Part shown: positions 42,521 to 53,087 of the stretch, piece after piece
Numbering within the stretch: the stretch's first letter is position 1
Layout: each line of letters begins with the position of its first letter
NCBI GenBank assembly: GCA_043745805.1
Contig: JAYTSD010000046.1
Span: 63,560 to 127,559, forward strand
Direction of reading: 5' to 3'
Source of the DNA: Fibrobacteria bacterium
Lineage (GTDB): Bacteria > Fibrobacterota > Fibrobacteria > UBA11236
Length of the DNA stretch: 64,000 nt
Notes under the pieces: generated by a model
The model's database searches: none
Told to the model about the DNA's origin: nothing
What the model saw: only the letters and a program-made list of their open reading frames with translations
Translations under genes and position numbers: made by a program

Positions 42521-42919
42521 ATAGCTACTCAATCGAATCAGCACCGGGCTACGGGCAGAAGAAAATCCGCCATAGCTCGCGTAATCCTGAAACCAGGAAC
42601 TGGAAAACGCACAATCAATGGCCGCACCTTTCAAGACTATTTTGCTAATGCAATTCGCGAAATGTTAGTGGAACAACCGCTTACCGTTCTCAATGCCAAT
42701 AAAGATTGGGACGTCATCGTACTTGCCAATGGCGGTGGTGTTTCCGGTCAAACCGGCGCAGTTCGTTTAGGCATTGCTCGCGCCTTAGTTGAAATTAATC
42801 CTGAACATCGCAAAATTATGCGTGAACATGGATTCATGACTCGCGATTCACGTATGGTTGAAAGAAAGAAATTCGGTCGCGCTGGAGCTCGTAGAAGCTT
42901 CCAATTCTCGAAACGCTAG
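42521..42919 (+). CDS. rpsI: 30S ribosomal protein S9 (ATA start)
   Basis: Frame extends upstream of the track ORF through ATGRRKSAIARV; GGAGG at 42511-42515; ends ERKKFG...QFSKR. Confidence 0.95.
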   Translation: MATQSNQHRATGRRKSAIARVILKPGTGKRTINGRTFQDYFANAIREMLVEQPLTVLNANKDWDVIVLANGGGVSGQTGAVRLGIARALVEINPEHRKIMREHGFMTRDSRMVERKKFGRAGARRSFQFSKR

Positions 42920-42939
42920 GCCGCAGGAAAGAAACTATT

Positions 42940-43686
42940 ATGGCAATACCACAAATTCAAGAAATGCTCGACGCTGGCGTACACTTTGGTCATTTAACCA
43001 AACGCTGGAATCCCAAGATGAAGAAATTCATCCTTACCGAACGCAATGGAATCTATGTTATCGATTTAGCGAAATCTCAAGAATGCTTAATCACAGCAAT
43101 CGAAGCGATTCGCCGCATCCGTATGCAAGGCAAATCCATTCTTTTCGTGGGTACCAAAAAAACCATCAAAGATTGTATCAAAGAAGAAAGCCAACGTTGC
43201 GGACAATACTTTGTAACCGAACGTTGGTTGGGTGGAATGCTCACTAATTTTTCGACGGTGCGCAAATCTATCAAACGTCTTGAAGAAATTGAAAAAATGG
43301 AAGCCGACGGCTTATTTAAAGAAATCAGCAAAAAAGAAGTATTGGGTTTGAATAAAGACCGTGCTAAGTTGGAAGCTGTTTTCGGTGGTATTCGTAATAT
43401 GAAAACCTTGCCAGGTGCCTTATTTGTTATCGATACGGAACATGAAGCGATTGCTATTCATGAAGCCCATCGCTTGAATATTCCAGTAATTGGTATTGTG
43501 GATACTAACAGTAATCCTGATACTATTGACTTTCCAATTCCAGGAAATGATGACGCGATTAAATCAGTAGCCTTGTTAACCCGTACTATTTCTGATTCTA
43601 TCCTTGGTGCAGGCACCACGATGATAGATCATTTAAAAGATCAGAATGCAAAAAAGCTTACTGAAGTATTAGAAGGGGCTGAATAA
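42940..43686 (+). CDS. rpsB: 30S ribosomal protein S2
   Basis: AGVHFGH..RWNPKM; RWLGGMLTN; PGNDD. Confidence 0.98.
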   Translation: MAIPQIQEMLDAGVHFGHLTKRWNPKMKKFILTERNGIYVIDLAKSQECLITAIEAIRRIRMQGKSILFVGTKKTIKDCIKEESQRCGQYFVTERWLGGMLTNFSTVRKSIKRLEEIEKMEADGLFKEISKKEVLGLNKDRAKLEAVFGGIRNMKTLPGALFVIDTEHEAIAIHEAHRLNIPVIGIVDTNSNPDTIDFPIPGNDDAIKSVALLTRTISDSILGAGTTMIDHLKDQNAKKLTEVLEGAE

Positions 43687-43688
43687 GC

Positions 43689-44555
43689 ATGGCGGAAATT
43701 AGCGCACAAGCGGTTTCACAGCTACGTGAAAAAACCGGATTAGGCTTAATGCAATGCAAAAAAGCCTTAACCGAAACAGCTGGTGATATCGATAAAGCTG
43801 TTGAATTATTGCGCAAGCAAGGAGCAGCAGTAGCGGCGAAGCGATCAGATAAAGATGCTAAAGAAGGCAAAGTATTATTAGGGGCTGATGCATCCTCCGT
43901 GATTGCGGTGGAAGTAAATTGCGAAACCGATTTTGTAGCAGCATCCGATGACTTTAAAGGGTTTACGGAAAAAGTAGTAAGTGTATTACTTTCGCAAAAA
44001 CCTGCTGACCTCAATGCTTTGAGTGCTGCCAAGGTAGATGGCACTACTTTTCAAGAAGTGAATAATGCCCTTGTAGGCAAAATCGGTGAAAAAATTTCAG
44101 CTAAACGTTTCGTAATTGAACCTTTAGCCGCAGGGGAAATTGCTGAAACTTATTCCCACATGAACGGCAAAATTGGCGTGATTGTGAAATTAGGTTATGA
44201 AGGCGAATTGCAAGATAAGTCCGGATTATCGGCCTTAGCTAAAGATTTAGCAATGCAAGTTGCCGCAACCGCTCCAGTGTCCATCGATCCAAAAGATGTA
44301 CCTGCTGATGTGATTGCTAAAGAAAAAGAAATTTACCGTGAGCTAGTGGCCAAAGAAGGCAAAACGGGTGAAATGGCAGAAAAAATTGTAGAAGGTCGTT
44401 TAGGAAAATTCTTTAAAGAGAATTGCCTTAATCAACAAGTTTATGTGCGTGATAATAAAGTGACTATCGATAAGTTACTAGCTAATACGGCAAAGACTTT
44501 AGGCTTAACTACGGTTAAAGTACTCGCCTTTCATCGCCTCCAATTGGGTCAATAG
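43689..44555 (+). CDS. tsf: Elongation factor Ts
   Basis: [24 protein letters not shown]. Confidence 0.98.
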   Translation: MAEISAQAVSQLREKTGLGLMQCKKALTETAGDIDKAVELLRKQGAAVAAKRSDKDAKEGKVLLGADASSVIAVEVNCETDFVAASDDFKGFTEKVVSVLLSQKPADLNALSAAKVDGTTFQEVNNALVGKIGEKISAKRFVIEPLAAGEIAETYSHMNGKIGVIVKLGYEGELQDKSGLSALAKDLAMQVAATAPVSIDPKDVPADVIAKEKEIYRELVAKEGKTGEMAEKIVEGRLGKFFKENCLNQQVYVRDNKVTIDKLLANTAKTLGLTTVKVLAFHRLQLGQ

Positions 44556-44560
44556 TTTTC

Positions 44561-45292
44561 ATGGCTGCGCTGAAATACAAGCGTCTGCTCCTTAAACTTA
44601 GTGGTGAAGCTCTCGCTGGAACCCAGGAAGCAGGCGTCGATTACGCCACCATTCAAAAAATAGCCAAAGAAGTTTCCGAAGTTTATCATACCGGCGTACA
44701 AGTCGGTATTGTTATAGGCGGCGGAAATATTGTACGTGGCGCTACGCTAAGCACTTATGGATTTGATCGCGTTGCAGCAGATCATATGGGCATGCTTGCC
44801 ACCGTAATTAATTGTTTAGCCATGCAAGATGCTTTAGAAAAATTAGGCATTTTCACCCGCGTGATGAGCGCGATAAAAATGTCATCGGTGGCGGAACTTT
44901 TTATTCGCCGTCGCGCCGTACGCCATATGGAAAAAGGGCGCATCGTTCTTTTTGCCGCAGGCACAGGCAATCCTTATTTTACCACCGATAGCGCAGCCAC
45001 TTTACGCGCTATTGAAACCAATTGCGATATTATCATGAAGGCCACCAATGTAGATGGTATTTATGATCGCGATCCGCGCAAAGACAAACAAGCCATTATT
45101 TTCGAACATTTATCTTATACCGATGTGATTAATCGTCAGCTTAAAGTAATGGACACTTCGGCCATTGCATTATGCCGCGAAAATAATATGCCCATTATGG
45201 TATTCAATATGAATGTCGCAGGTAATTTGGTACGTGCTGCAGCCGGTGAAAAAATTGGAACTTTGGTTACTAGTGGAGAAGGCCATGTTTGA
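44561..45292 (+). CDS. pyrH: UMP kinase
   Basis: [20 protein letters not shown]. Confidence 0.98.
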   Translation: MAALKYKRLLLKLSGEALAGTQEAGVDYATIQKIAKEVSEVYHTGVQVGIVIGGGNIVRGATLSTYGFDRVAADHMGMLATVINCLAMQDALEKLGIFTRVMSAIKMSSVAELFIRRRAVRHMEKGRIVLFAAGTGNPYFTTDSAATLRAIETNCDIIMKATNVDGIYDRDPRKDKQAIIFEHLSYTDVINRQLKVMDTSAIALCRENNMPIMVFNMNVAGNLVRAAAGEKIGTLVTSGEGHV

Positions 45293-45836
45293 TGAGAATA
45301 AAATCCAAGAACATATGCAAAAAACATTGGAATCCATTCGCAAGGATTTCTCAAAAATCCGGACCGGCATCGCGACGCCTTCCATACTCGACAATGTCTT
45401 TGTGGATTATTACGGCACAAAAACCCCGATACCCCAAGCCGCCAACATCACCATACCGGAACCCCGCTGCTTAGCGATTAAGCCTTGGGAAAAAAACATG
45501 ATGCAAGCCATTGAGCGCGCAATCATGGCTAGTGATATTGGTATCACACCGGTTAATGATGGTAATTTTATTCGCTTGAATATGCCTATACTCACTACCG
45601 ATAGACGCAAAGAATTGTGTAAAGCAGCCAAAAAGATTGGTGAAGAGGGTAAAGTAGCAGTACGTAATATTCGCCGCGACGAGAATGATCAAATCAAGAG
45701 AGAGAGTAAAGATCTCAATCAAAGTGAAGATGAATTAAAAGAAGAGTTGGATGAAATTCAAAAAATCACCGACCGTTTTATCGAAGCGATTGACAAACTC
45801 GTTGCCGAAAAAGAAAAAGATATAATGACCATTTAG
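45285..45836 (+). CDS. frr: Ribosome recycling factor
   Basis: IRTG.A.P; VDYYG; VRNIRRD; start ATG45285. Confidence 0.97.
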   Translation: MFDENKIQEHMQKTLESIRKDFSKIRTGIATPSILDNVFVDYYGTKTPIPQAANITIPEPRCLAIKPWEKNMMQAIERAIMASDIGITPVNDGNFIRLNMPILTTDRRKELCKAAKKIGEEGKVAVRNIRRDENDQIKRESKDLNQSEDELKEELDEIQKITDRFIEAIDKLVAEKEKDIMTI

Positions 45837-45861
45837 GCTAGCCAGGCCAGCCGGAGTTACG

Positions 45862-46575
45862 GTGAATTTAGAGTCCCCCAAACATATAGCTGTCATCATG
45901 GATGGCAATGGCCGCTGGGCCAAGAAACGTTTTCAACCGCGTGTTTTTGGACATCATGCAGGTACACGTGCTACCAGGCGTATTGTCCAAGCTTGTGGTG
46001 AACTCGATGTAAAATTCCTCACTATTTATGTTTTTTCTTCGGAGAATTGGGATCGTCCCATTATAGAAGTAGAAGCATTAATGAATTTATTAGTGGAAAT
46101 GTTGCATAAAGAAATCGAAGACTTAATGCAAAAAAATGTTAAGCTCAAAGCCCTTGGAAATTTAGCGCGCTTACCCGAAAAGACCCGCAAAGAATTGGAA
46201 TGGGGCATAGAGAGAACGTCTAAGAATACCGGCTTACAATTGAATTTGGCCGTGTCTTATGGCGGACGTGAAGAAATTGTCGATGCGTGTAAAAGTATTG
46301 CGCTGCGCGTGCAAAAGGGTGAATTACAAATCGAAGATATTGACCAAGGTTTATTTCACCAAAATTTGTATCAACCCGAAGTTCCCGAGCCAGAATTATT
46401 GATTCGCACCGGCGGCGATCAAAGAGTATCCAATTTTTTGCTTTGGCAAATTGCCTATACCGAATTATACGTAACGCCGACGTTATGGCCGGATTTTGAC
46501 AAAAAGGGTTTAGAGGAAGCCATTGAAGCTTATCATTCCCGCCAGCGTCGTTTTGGCAAAGTCCTCGAACCTTAA
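45862..46575 (+). CDS. uppS: Undecaprenyl diphosphate synthase
   Basis: HIAVIMDGNGRWA; RTGGDQRVSNFLLWQ. Confidence 0.97.
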   Translation: MNLESPKHIAVIMDGNGRWAKKRFQPRVFGHHAGTRATRRIVQACGELDVKFLTIYVFSSENWDRPIIEVEALMNLLVEMLHKEIEDLMQKNVKLKALGNLARLPEKTRKELEWGIERTSKNTGLQLNLAVSYGGREEIVDACKSIALRVQKGELQIEDIDQGLFHQNLYQPEVPEPELLIRTGGDQRVSNFLLWQIAYTELYVTPTLWPDFDKKGLEEAIEAYHSRQRRFGKVLEP

Positions 46576-46584
46576 TGCATATTA

Positions 46585-47421
46585 ATGAATAACCTTACGT
46601 TAAGAATTATTTCGGCCTTGATTATGGCCGTTTTGCTTTTTGGAGGCTTAATTCTTAGCTACCCTTCGCGGGCAGCCGTGCTATTTTTGATTTTGATTTT
46701 GGGCGCATGGGAATATGCGCGTATGGTGAATGTAAAATTCCCGACAGCATCAGCTTATAAAGGAGCATTGTTTTGCGCAAGCTTAACTTTTCTATTCCTT
46801 CTTCCGCATTGGCCTAGTTTAGCTTTTCTGGACACGGCCACTTGGACTTGGGGCATTACCCTGATTGCTATTTCTAGCCTTATTCTATGGGGATTTCGTT
46901 CCCAACGAATTGAAAGTATGGCTCCGTGGATTATCATGCAATGCGCAGGTGTTATTTATTTTGGAGTGTGGGGCGCAAAAACTTTCGATTTATTTCTGCC
47001 TAAACTCGGTTGGGCAGGCATTTATCCGCTCTTGATGATTGAATTTTGCATGGCAATGGCAGATGTGGGCGCTTATTTTTCTGGTAAAACTTTTGGCAAA
47101 CATAAATTAGCGCCAAGCATTAGCCCCAAAAAAACCATAGAAGGTGCCGTGGGTGGAACCTTGTTAACCTTGCTGTTAACTCTTTGGCTAGCGCCAATTT
47201 TTTTAAGCTTTAATATTTGGCAAAGTGTGGGTTTGGGATTATTAATGTCCTTTACAGATATTTTGGGCGATTTAATTATTTCCTCACTTAAACGCTATAC
47301 TGGTACCAAGGATTCTTCCCAATTGATTCCGGGACATGGGGGAGTGCTCGATAGATTTGACTCCTTATTATTCTCTGCCCCTTTTGCCGTATACTATATT
47401 CAACTTATACATGGCCACTAA
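46585..47421 (+). CDS. cdsA: Phosphatidate cytidylyltransferase
   Basis: SPKKTIEG; KDSSQLIPGHGGVLDRFDS. Confidence 0.95.
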   Translation: MNNLTLRIISALIMAVLLFGGLILSYPSRAAVLFLILILGAWEYARMVNVKFPTASAYKGALFCASLTFLFLLPHWPSLAFLDTATWTWGITLIAISSLILWGFRSQRIESMAPWIIMQCAGVIYFGVWGAKTFDLFLPKLGWAGIYPLLMIEFCMAMADVGAYFSGKTFGKHKLAPSISPKKTIEGAVGGTLLTLLLTLWLAPIFLSFNIWQSVGLGLLMSFTDILGDLIISSLKRYTGTKDSSQLIPGHGGVLDRFDSLLFSAPFAVYYIQLIHGH

Positions 47422-48562
47422 AAAACATATTTGCCTACTTGGCGCTACGGGTTCCATTGGTGATTCTTCGCTCGATGTGCTGCGTCGACATGCGGGTCAA
47501 TTTCATTTACGCAGTGTAGCGGCTGGTAAACAATGGGAAAAAGTTTTACCGCTAATCGCTGAATTTGATTTGCAAAAAATTTGCATCTTCGAGGAAGCGG
47601 CCGCGCAGCAATTACGTTCTAGGGTTTCTATTCCTGTACTCTCAGGCATGGATGGGCTTTTAGAATTAGTTAGCGATAATCAAGTAGACTATATCATTAA
47701 TGGATTAATGGGTGCTATTGGCTGTGAACCCACCTTGCAGGCCATTTCTAGCGGGAAACATATTGGCTTAGCGAATAAAGAAACTATGGTGATGGCGGGT
47801 ACTCTCATTAAAGAGGCTTTGCAAAAAAATCCCCAAAGTTTAATTATCCCTATTGACTCCGAACACTCGGCCATTTTTCAATGCCTCGCAGGGCGACCCA
47901 CAGCAGAAATTGAAAACCTCCAATTAACGGCTTCGGGCGGGCCTTTCCGCACGAAACCACTAGAAGAATTTGCCACCATTCGCAAAGCCGACGCTTTAAA
48001 ACATCCCACTTGGGTGATGGGACAAAAAATCACCATTGATTCTGCAACCCTTATGAATAAAGGGCTAGAGGTTATTGAAGCACATTTTCTTTTCGATATT
48101 CCCATGACTAATATTAAAGTAATCGTTCATCCTACTTCTATTATTCATTCTATGGTGCAGTTTCGCGATGGGTCCTTGATGGCGCAACTGGGCTGCCCCG
48201 ATATGCGTTTGCCCATTCAATATGCTATGACTTATCCTGAGCGCTGGCCTTTACCAGTGGATCGATTAGACTTAACGCAAATTGCCAAATTGGAATTTTT
48301 TCCACCTGACCTTATTAAATTTCCCTGCTTAGCTTTAGCTTATGAAGCAGGGCATTTAGGTGGCAATGCCCCAGCGATTATTAATGCAGCAAATGAAATC
48401 GCAGTGGCTTTGTTTTTAGCAGAAAAAATCACCTTCAATGCTATCCCGCAAATTAGCACTGAGGTTTTAAAACGTTCCAAGTATATTGCGCAGCCGAATT
48501 TACAGAATATTTTGGATTCTGATGCAGAAGCCCGTCAATTAGCGAAACAATTGGCCGAATAA
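47411..48562 (+). CDS. dxr: 1-deoxy-D-xylulose-5-phosphate reductoisomerase
   Basis: LGATGSIG; LANKE; PIDSEH; HPTWVMG. Confidence 0.97.
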   Translation: MATKKHICLLGATGSIGDSSLDVLRRHAGQFHLRSVAAGKQWEKVLPLIAEFDLQKICIFEEAAAQQLRSRVSIPVLSGMDGLLELVSDNQVDYIINGLMGAIGCEPTLQAISSGKHIGLANKETMVMAGTLIKEALQKNPQSLIIPIDSEHSAIFQCLAGRPTAEIENLQLTASGGPFRTKPLEEFATIRKADALKHPTWVMGQKITIDSATLMNKGLEVIEAHFLFDIPMTNIKVIVHPTSIIHSMVQFRDGSLMAQLGCPDMRLPIQYAMTYPERWPLPVDRLDLTQIAKLEFFPPDLIKFPCLALAYEAGHLGGNAPAIINAANEIAVALFLAEKITFNAIPQISTEVLKRSKYIAQPNLQNILDSDAEARQLAKQLAE

Positions 48563-48633
48563 TTAGCTATGCACTTGTCATGAAATAGCGCAAAGCTCAC
48601 GAATTTGGTATATAATAAACCGGAGAAAATTTT

Positions 48634-49980
48634 ATGCCTAATTTAACTGGATACTGGTCTTTGCTTTATCAAATCCCCATTGGATTATTGGGGTTAAGCT
48701 TTTTAGTCTTCATTCATGAAGGCGGACATTTTTTAGTCGCGAAAAAACTAGGGGTAAAGGTGAATACCTTTTCTATTGGCTTCGGCAAAAAACTAATTAG
48801 CTGGAAGCGCGGTGAAACGGAATATTGCATTTCGGCCATACCTCTCGGCGGTTATGTGGCAATGGCCGGTGAACAACCGGATGACGAAGGTAGTGGTGAC
48901 GGCGAAGCCGGCGAGAGAGATTTCCGCGCACAATCTATTCCAACCCGCATGGCTATTGCCTTTGCAGGTCCAGCGGTAAACCTGACGTTTTCTTTTTTGA
49001 TCTTGGCCATACTTTATTTTGTAGGGGTACAAGAACCCGCGTTTAATATGATGGTTGGTGATGTGGAAAAAGGGTCTGCGGCTGAAAAGGCGGATATTCG
49101 TCGCGGTGATGAAATCCTCACTTTAAAAGGCAAGCCTGTAAAAGATTGGGAAGCTTTAATGCAAGACTTTGCTATTCAAGGCGAAAATCCAGCGAGTATA
49201 CAAGTTCGTCGGGGACAAGATGTTTTGGATAAACAAATTACGCCGGTGATGTATGCTAAATTGGGAATTGCTATGGCTGGGTTATCCGGTGAAACCTTAG
49301 TGCATGTGGATAAAATTATTCCGGGCAAACCAGCGGAGCAAATGGGTTTACAAGTGAAGGATCAAATTCTTTCCATTGATGGTTTTAAAGTTTCTTCGCC
49401 CACTGCATTAGTGGAATTAATTAATGCCAGCAAAGGTCAAGAAATGGCTTTAAAAATTAAACGTGGCACCGAGGAAAAGAGTTTAATGATTAAACCCATT
49501 CAAGACCCAGGCTCACAGCGTTATATCATAGGTATTTATCCTGGCCTTAGTGTACCCATGTTATCGGTTAAAAGAGGTTTTGGTGCGAGCATAGAAAAAA
49601 GTTTTCAGAAGAATCTGGAATTTGGATCGGCCATGTTTCACACTTTAAAAGGAATCGTGACCGGCCAAATCAAAGCCAAAGCGCTTTCGGGTCCTATCGG
49701 TATTTTGCAAATTATCGCCAATAGTTTTCATTATGGTTTGCAACGCTTTGTGGAATTTATGGCTTTAATCAGTACTAATTTGGGAGTAATGAATTTATTA
49801 CCCTTGGCCATTACGGATGGCGGTGTAATTTTCTTTTTGATTATCGAAGCCATACGCCGCAAACCTTTAAAGCTCACCACGCAAATGCGTATTAATCAAG
49901 TGGCGGTTAGTTTGTTTATCATGTTGGCGCTATTCGTCACCTTCCATGATATTAAACGCATCCCTTGGTTTTTGAATTAA
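48634..49980 (+). CDS. rseP: RseP intramembrane metalloprotease
   Basis: HEGGH; two PDZ domains; NLLP...DGG. Confidence 0.95.
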   Translation: MPNLTGYWSLLYQIPIGLLGLSFLVFIHEGGHFLVAKKLGVKVNTFSIGFGKKLISWKRGETEYCISAIPLGGYVAMAGEQPDDEGSGDGEAGERDFRAQSIPTRMAIAFAGPAVNLTFSFLILAILYFVGVQEPAFNMMVGDVEKGSAAEKADIRRGDEILTLKGKPVKDWEALMQDFAIQGENPASIQVRRGQDVLDKQITPVMYAKLGIAMAGLSGETLVHVDKIIPGKPAEQMGLQVKDQILSIDGFKVSSPTALVELINASKGQEMALKIKRGTEEKSLMIKPIQDPGSQRYIIGIYPGLSVPMLSVKRGFGASIEKSFQKNLEFGSAMFHTLKGIVTGQIKAKALSGPIGILQIIANSFHYGLQRFVEFMALISTNLGVMNLLPLAITDGGVIFFLIIEAIRRKPLKLTTQMRINQVAVSLFIMLALFVTFHDIKRIPWFLN

Positions 49981-50076
49981 GAGTTAAGTACATTCCAATT
50001 TGATTAATTAGCTCGCAAAATAAATTTCAGAAATTCAGGCCTTAACTTTTAAGCGATGTAACGTATATTTCCCAAC

Positions 50077-51357
50077 ATGAAAATTCTTATCATAGGTAAT
50101 GGCGGGCGTGAACATGCCATTGGATTAAAGCTTTCGGAATCACCTCAAAAACCAACTTTGATTTTTGCTCCAGGTAATCCGGGCATGGAAACTTTAGGTC
50201 AATGCTTTCCTATTGCGGCGGATGATTTACCCCATCTATTAGCTTTAGCACAACAAGAAAAAGTGGATCTTACGGTAGTCGGTCCTGAAATCCCTTTGGT
50301 GGCTGGCATTGTAGATATGTTTCGCTGGTATGGCCTAAAAATATTTGGACCCACAAAGGCCGCAGCACAACTGGAAGGCAGTAAGGCTTTTTCCAAAAAC
50401 TTCATGGCTAAGTATCGTATTCCCACGGCACTTTATCAAAACTTTACGGATTATACGGCAGCACACAATTATTTGCAAAGCAAAGGGGCGCCTATTGTTG
50501 TTAAGGCTAGTGGCCTTGCAGCAGGCAAAGGTGCAATAGTGTGTATGACCATGGATGAAGCTTATGCCGCTGTGGACTCCATGCTAGGTCCTAATGCCGA
50601 GTTTGGTGCGGCGGGTGCCGAAGTGGTGATTGAAGAATTTATGGAGGGGGAAGAGGCTTCGCTGTTTGTGTTAACCGATGGACAAGATTATGTTTTGTTA
50701 CCTTCCGCTCAAGATCATAAACGCATTTTCGATGACGATAAAGGCCCGAATACTGGTGGTATGGGAGCCTATGCCCCTGCACCTGTGTTAACACCCGAGC
50801 TCTTGCGACAAGTGGAAGCCGAAATTGTAAAACCCTCCTTAGAGGGGATGTTGCATGAAGGTATTCCGTACACTGGAATTTTGTTTATTGGTTTAATGCT
50901 TACTCCGCAAGGCCCTAAAGTGGTGGAATATAATTGCCGTTTAGGTGATCCCGAAACTCAGGCGGTACTGCCTATTTTGGAAGCCGATTTAGTAGAATTG
51001 TTTTGGAAAGCTTCGCAACAAAAATTAGCGGGAACAAAAATCCCAGAACCTCTATATAGCGCGGCTGTGGTGGTTATGGTTTCGGGAGGTTATCCGGGGA
51101 AATATGCCACAGGATTTCCCATTTTGGGTTTAGCCACTTGGGCATCGCATGCTTGTCATATTATTCATGCCGGAACGCAAAAAAATAATGAGCAAATAGT
51201 GACTCAGGGCGGACGCGTACTCGGTCTTGTTGGTGTGGGCGAAGCCTTGCCGGAGGCTATACAAGCGGCTTATCAAGGCATTAGCAAAATAGAATTTGAA
51301 GGTATGCATTATCGCAAAGATATTGGGCACAAAGGCCTTACACGTTTGTTTTCCTAA
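50077..51357 (+). CDS. purD: Phosphoribosylamine--glycine ligase
   Basis: GGREHA; LEGSKAF; QDHKR; GPNTGGMG. Confidence 0.97.
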   Translation: MKILIIGNGGREHAIGLKLSESPQKPTLIFAPGNPGMETLGQCFPIAADDLPHLLALAQQEKVDLTVVGPEIPLVAGIVDMFRWYGLKIFGPTKAAAQLEGSKAFSKNFMAKYRIPTALYQNFTDYTAAHNYLQSKGAPIVVKASGLAAGKGAIVCMTMDEAYAAVDSMLGPNAEFGAAGAEVVIEEFMEGEEASLFVLTDGQDYVLLPSAQDHKRIFDDDKGPNTGGMGAYAPAPVLTPELLRQVEAEIVKPSLEGMLHEGIPYTGILFIGLMLTPQGPKVVEYNCRLGDPETQAVLPILEADLVELFWKASQQKLAGTKIPEPLYSAAVVVMVSGGYPGKYATGFPILGLATWASHACHIIHAGTQKNNEQIVTQGGRVLGLVGVGEALPEAIQAAYQGISKIEFEGMHYRKDIGHKGLTRLFS

Positions 51358-52215
51358 ATGCGATACTGGTTTTTCATTACTCTATTTATAGCGACTATGG
51401 CGCATAGTGTAGAGACGAAGGCAAAGCCGAAAGCGGCGGATTGTCCGGCATTATTATCTTCATCTACTTCTTCCACCACTACATCCACGACTACCAATAT
51501 GATTAATGGGCAAGTAAATGATAGTGCCTTTGATATTCCTTTGCGTGACATCCAGCAAAAAGCCATTCATTTACCCGAGCGACTTACTTTTGACATTACT
51601 TGGGGAGGGTGGAGTTTTAGCTGGGTGCATGCGGGTACGGCCTCTTTGGAGATGCTAGCCACAGAAAAGCCAAGTCAATGGAAAATTTTGTCGCGCGCGA
51701 GTTGCAATGGATTTTTTCAATCCTTTTATCCCGTGCAAGACACTATCTACTCGATTATTCATAAGGATGGTTTTTACCCCCTGCGCTTCGAGAAAAGACT
51801 CAATGAAGGCAAATATCATCATAGCATTACCGCCTTGTATAATCAGGCTAATCATAGCTTGTGGACGCAGGATACCTGTTTGACCATAGAGCCATTTACC
51901 CATGATATTCTTTCGGCTTTTTACTTCATCCGCACGCAAAACCTGCAAGTGGGCCATAGTTTTGAATTGAATGCGGTGTCGGGTAAAAAAAAGTATCAAC
52001 TTAAGGTATTATGTCATCGTAAAGAAAGCGTCAAAGTACCCTTAGGACGCTTTAAAACTATAGTGGTAGAGCCGGTTTTGGTGGGGGATGGATTGTTTAA
52101 AGCCAAGGGTAAATTGACAATATGGCTCACCGACGATGAGGCGCATATTCCAGTAAAGATGGAAAGCCAAATTCCTGTCGGCTCTATCAAAGCCGAGCTT
52201 ACTTCGCGCAAGTAA
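51358..52215 (+). CDS. DUF3108-like exported protein
   Basis: Signal peptide; S/T tract; VKVPLG.F; IWLTDD..HIPVK. Confidence 0.75.
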   Translation: MRYWFFITLFIATMAHSVETKAKPKAADCPALLSSSTSSTTTSTTTNMINGQVNDSAFDIPLRDIQQKAIHLPERLTFDITWGGWSFSWVHAGTASLEMLATEKPSQWKILSRASCNGFFQSFYPVQDTIYSIIHKDGFYPLRFEKRLNEGKYHHSITALYNQANHSLWTQDTCLTIEPFTHDILSAFYFIRTQNLQVGHSFELNAVSGKKKYQLKVLCHRKESVKVPLGRFKTIVVEPVLVGDGLFKAKGKLTIWLTDDEAHIPVKMESQIPVGSIKAELTSRK

Positions 52216-52383
52216 AACTTTCCTCTCTATAAAAGTTATGGCAAGCTATGGCATGTGACCATGTGACCGAAAAAAAACTTTTTCATTTTTTACAAGCATT
52301 ACTTGTGATTTAGGGTCAAATTAGGATAAAATCTGATTATATTCTGAAGACGATTTGGACCCAAACTCAAAGGAGACTGTATT

Positions 52384-52953
52384 ATGATGATCGACTTTTT
52401 GATGAGAGACAAGAGTGAAGAGAAACCTTTTCCGTTCGACGGAGGTGACGAAAATGATAGCGTCAATTCTGCTTCGGGAGAAAATGGATCAGATGCTGAT
52501 GGCGATGATCTGTGGGATCTCGATGATGAGGCTGAAGGAAAAGCCCCTGAAGCTGCGCCAGTAGCCGCTCCTGCCAAGAGTAACCCCAAAGCTACGCCTA
52601 CTGCAAAAAAAACTGCTCCTAAAAAAGCAGAAGCGAAACCTGTTGCTCCAGCAAAATTACCTGTAAAAGCACCTGCTAAGGCAGCGGCGAAACCAGTAGC
52701 CAAAGCAGCAGCAAAAGCACCCGCTCCAAAGGCTGTGGTTAAAGCGTCTGCCAAGGCTGCTGCGAAAGTAGTGGCGAAACCAGCTGCCAAAAAAGCAGTG
52801 AAAGCTAAGCCCGCCGCAAAAAAAGTCGTTCCTAAAAAAGCCGCCAAGCCAGCGCCTAAAAAAGTAGTGAAGGCCAAGCCTGTTGCAAAAAAAGCCGCGC
52901 CCAAGAAAGCAGCTAAAGCGAGCAAACCCACTAAGAAAAAAGCCAAGAAATAA
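52384..52953 (+). CDS. Histone H1-like Lys/Ala/Pro-rich protein with acidic N-terminus
   Basis: Repeated KPAAKK/PAK units; followed by a terminator. Confidence 0.75.
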   Translation: MMIDFLMRDKSEEKPFPFDGGDENDSVNSASGENGSDADGDDLWDLDDEAEGKAPEAAPVAAPAKSNPKATPTAKKTAPKKAEAKPVAPAKLPVKAPAKAAAKPVAKAAAKAPAPKAVVKASAKAAAKVVAKPAAKKAVKAKPAAKKVVPKKAAKPAPKKVVKAKPVAKKAAPKKAAKASKPTKKKAKK

Positions 52954-52976
52954 TTAAGGCTTAATTCTAAACGATT

Positions 52977-53007
52977 AAAAAATCCTCGCTTAGCGGGGAT
53001 TTTTTTT
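52977..53007. terminator. Intrinsic terminator
   Basis: AAAAAATCCTCGC-tta-GCGGGGATTTTTTT. Confidence 0.8.
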
Positions 53008-53087
53008 GCGCATTTTTTAGGTAACTTTAGGTAACATAGGCGTTAATAGGACGATGTAGTTTTTGCCACAAGTTATAGCGGGGCTTT

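Noticed and set aside
52299..52946. 215-aa hydrophobic Ala/Phe-rich ORF on the minus strand
   Set aside because: Antisense shadow of the Lys/Ala-rich gene
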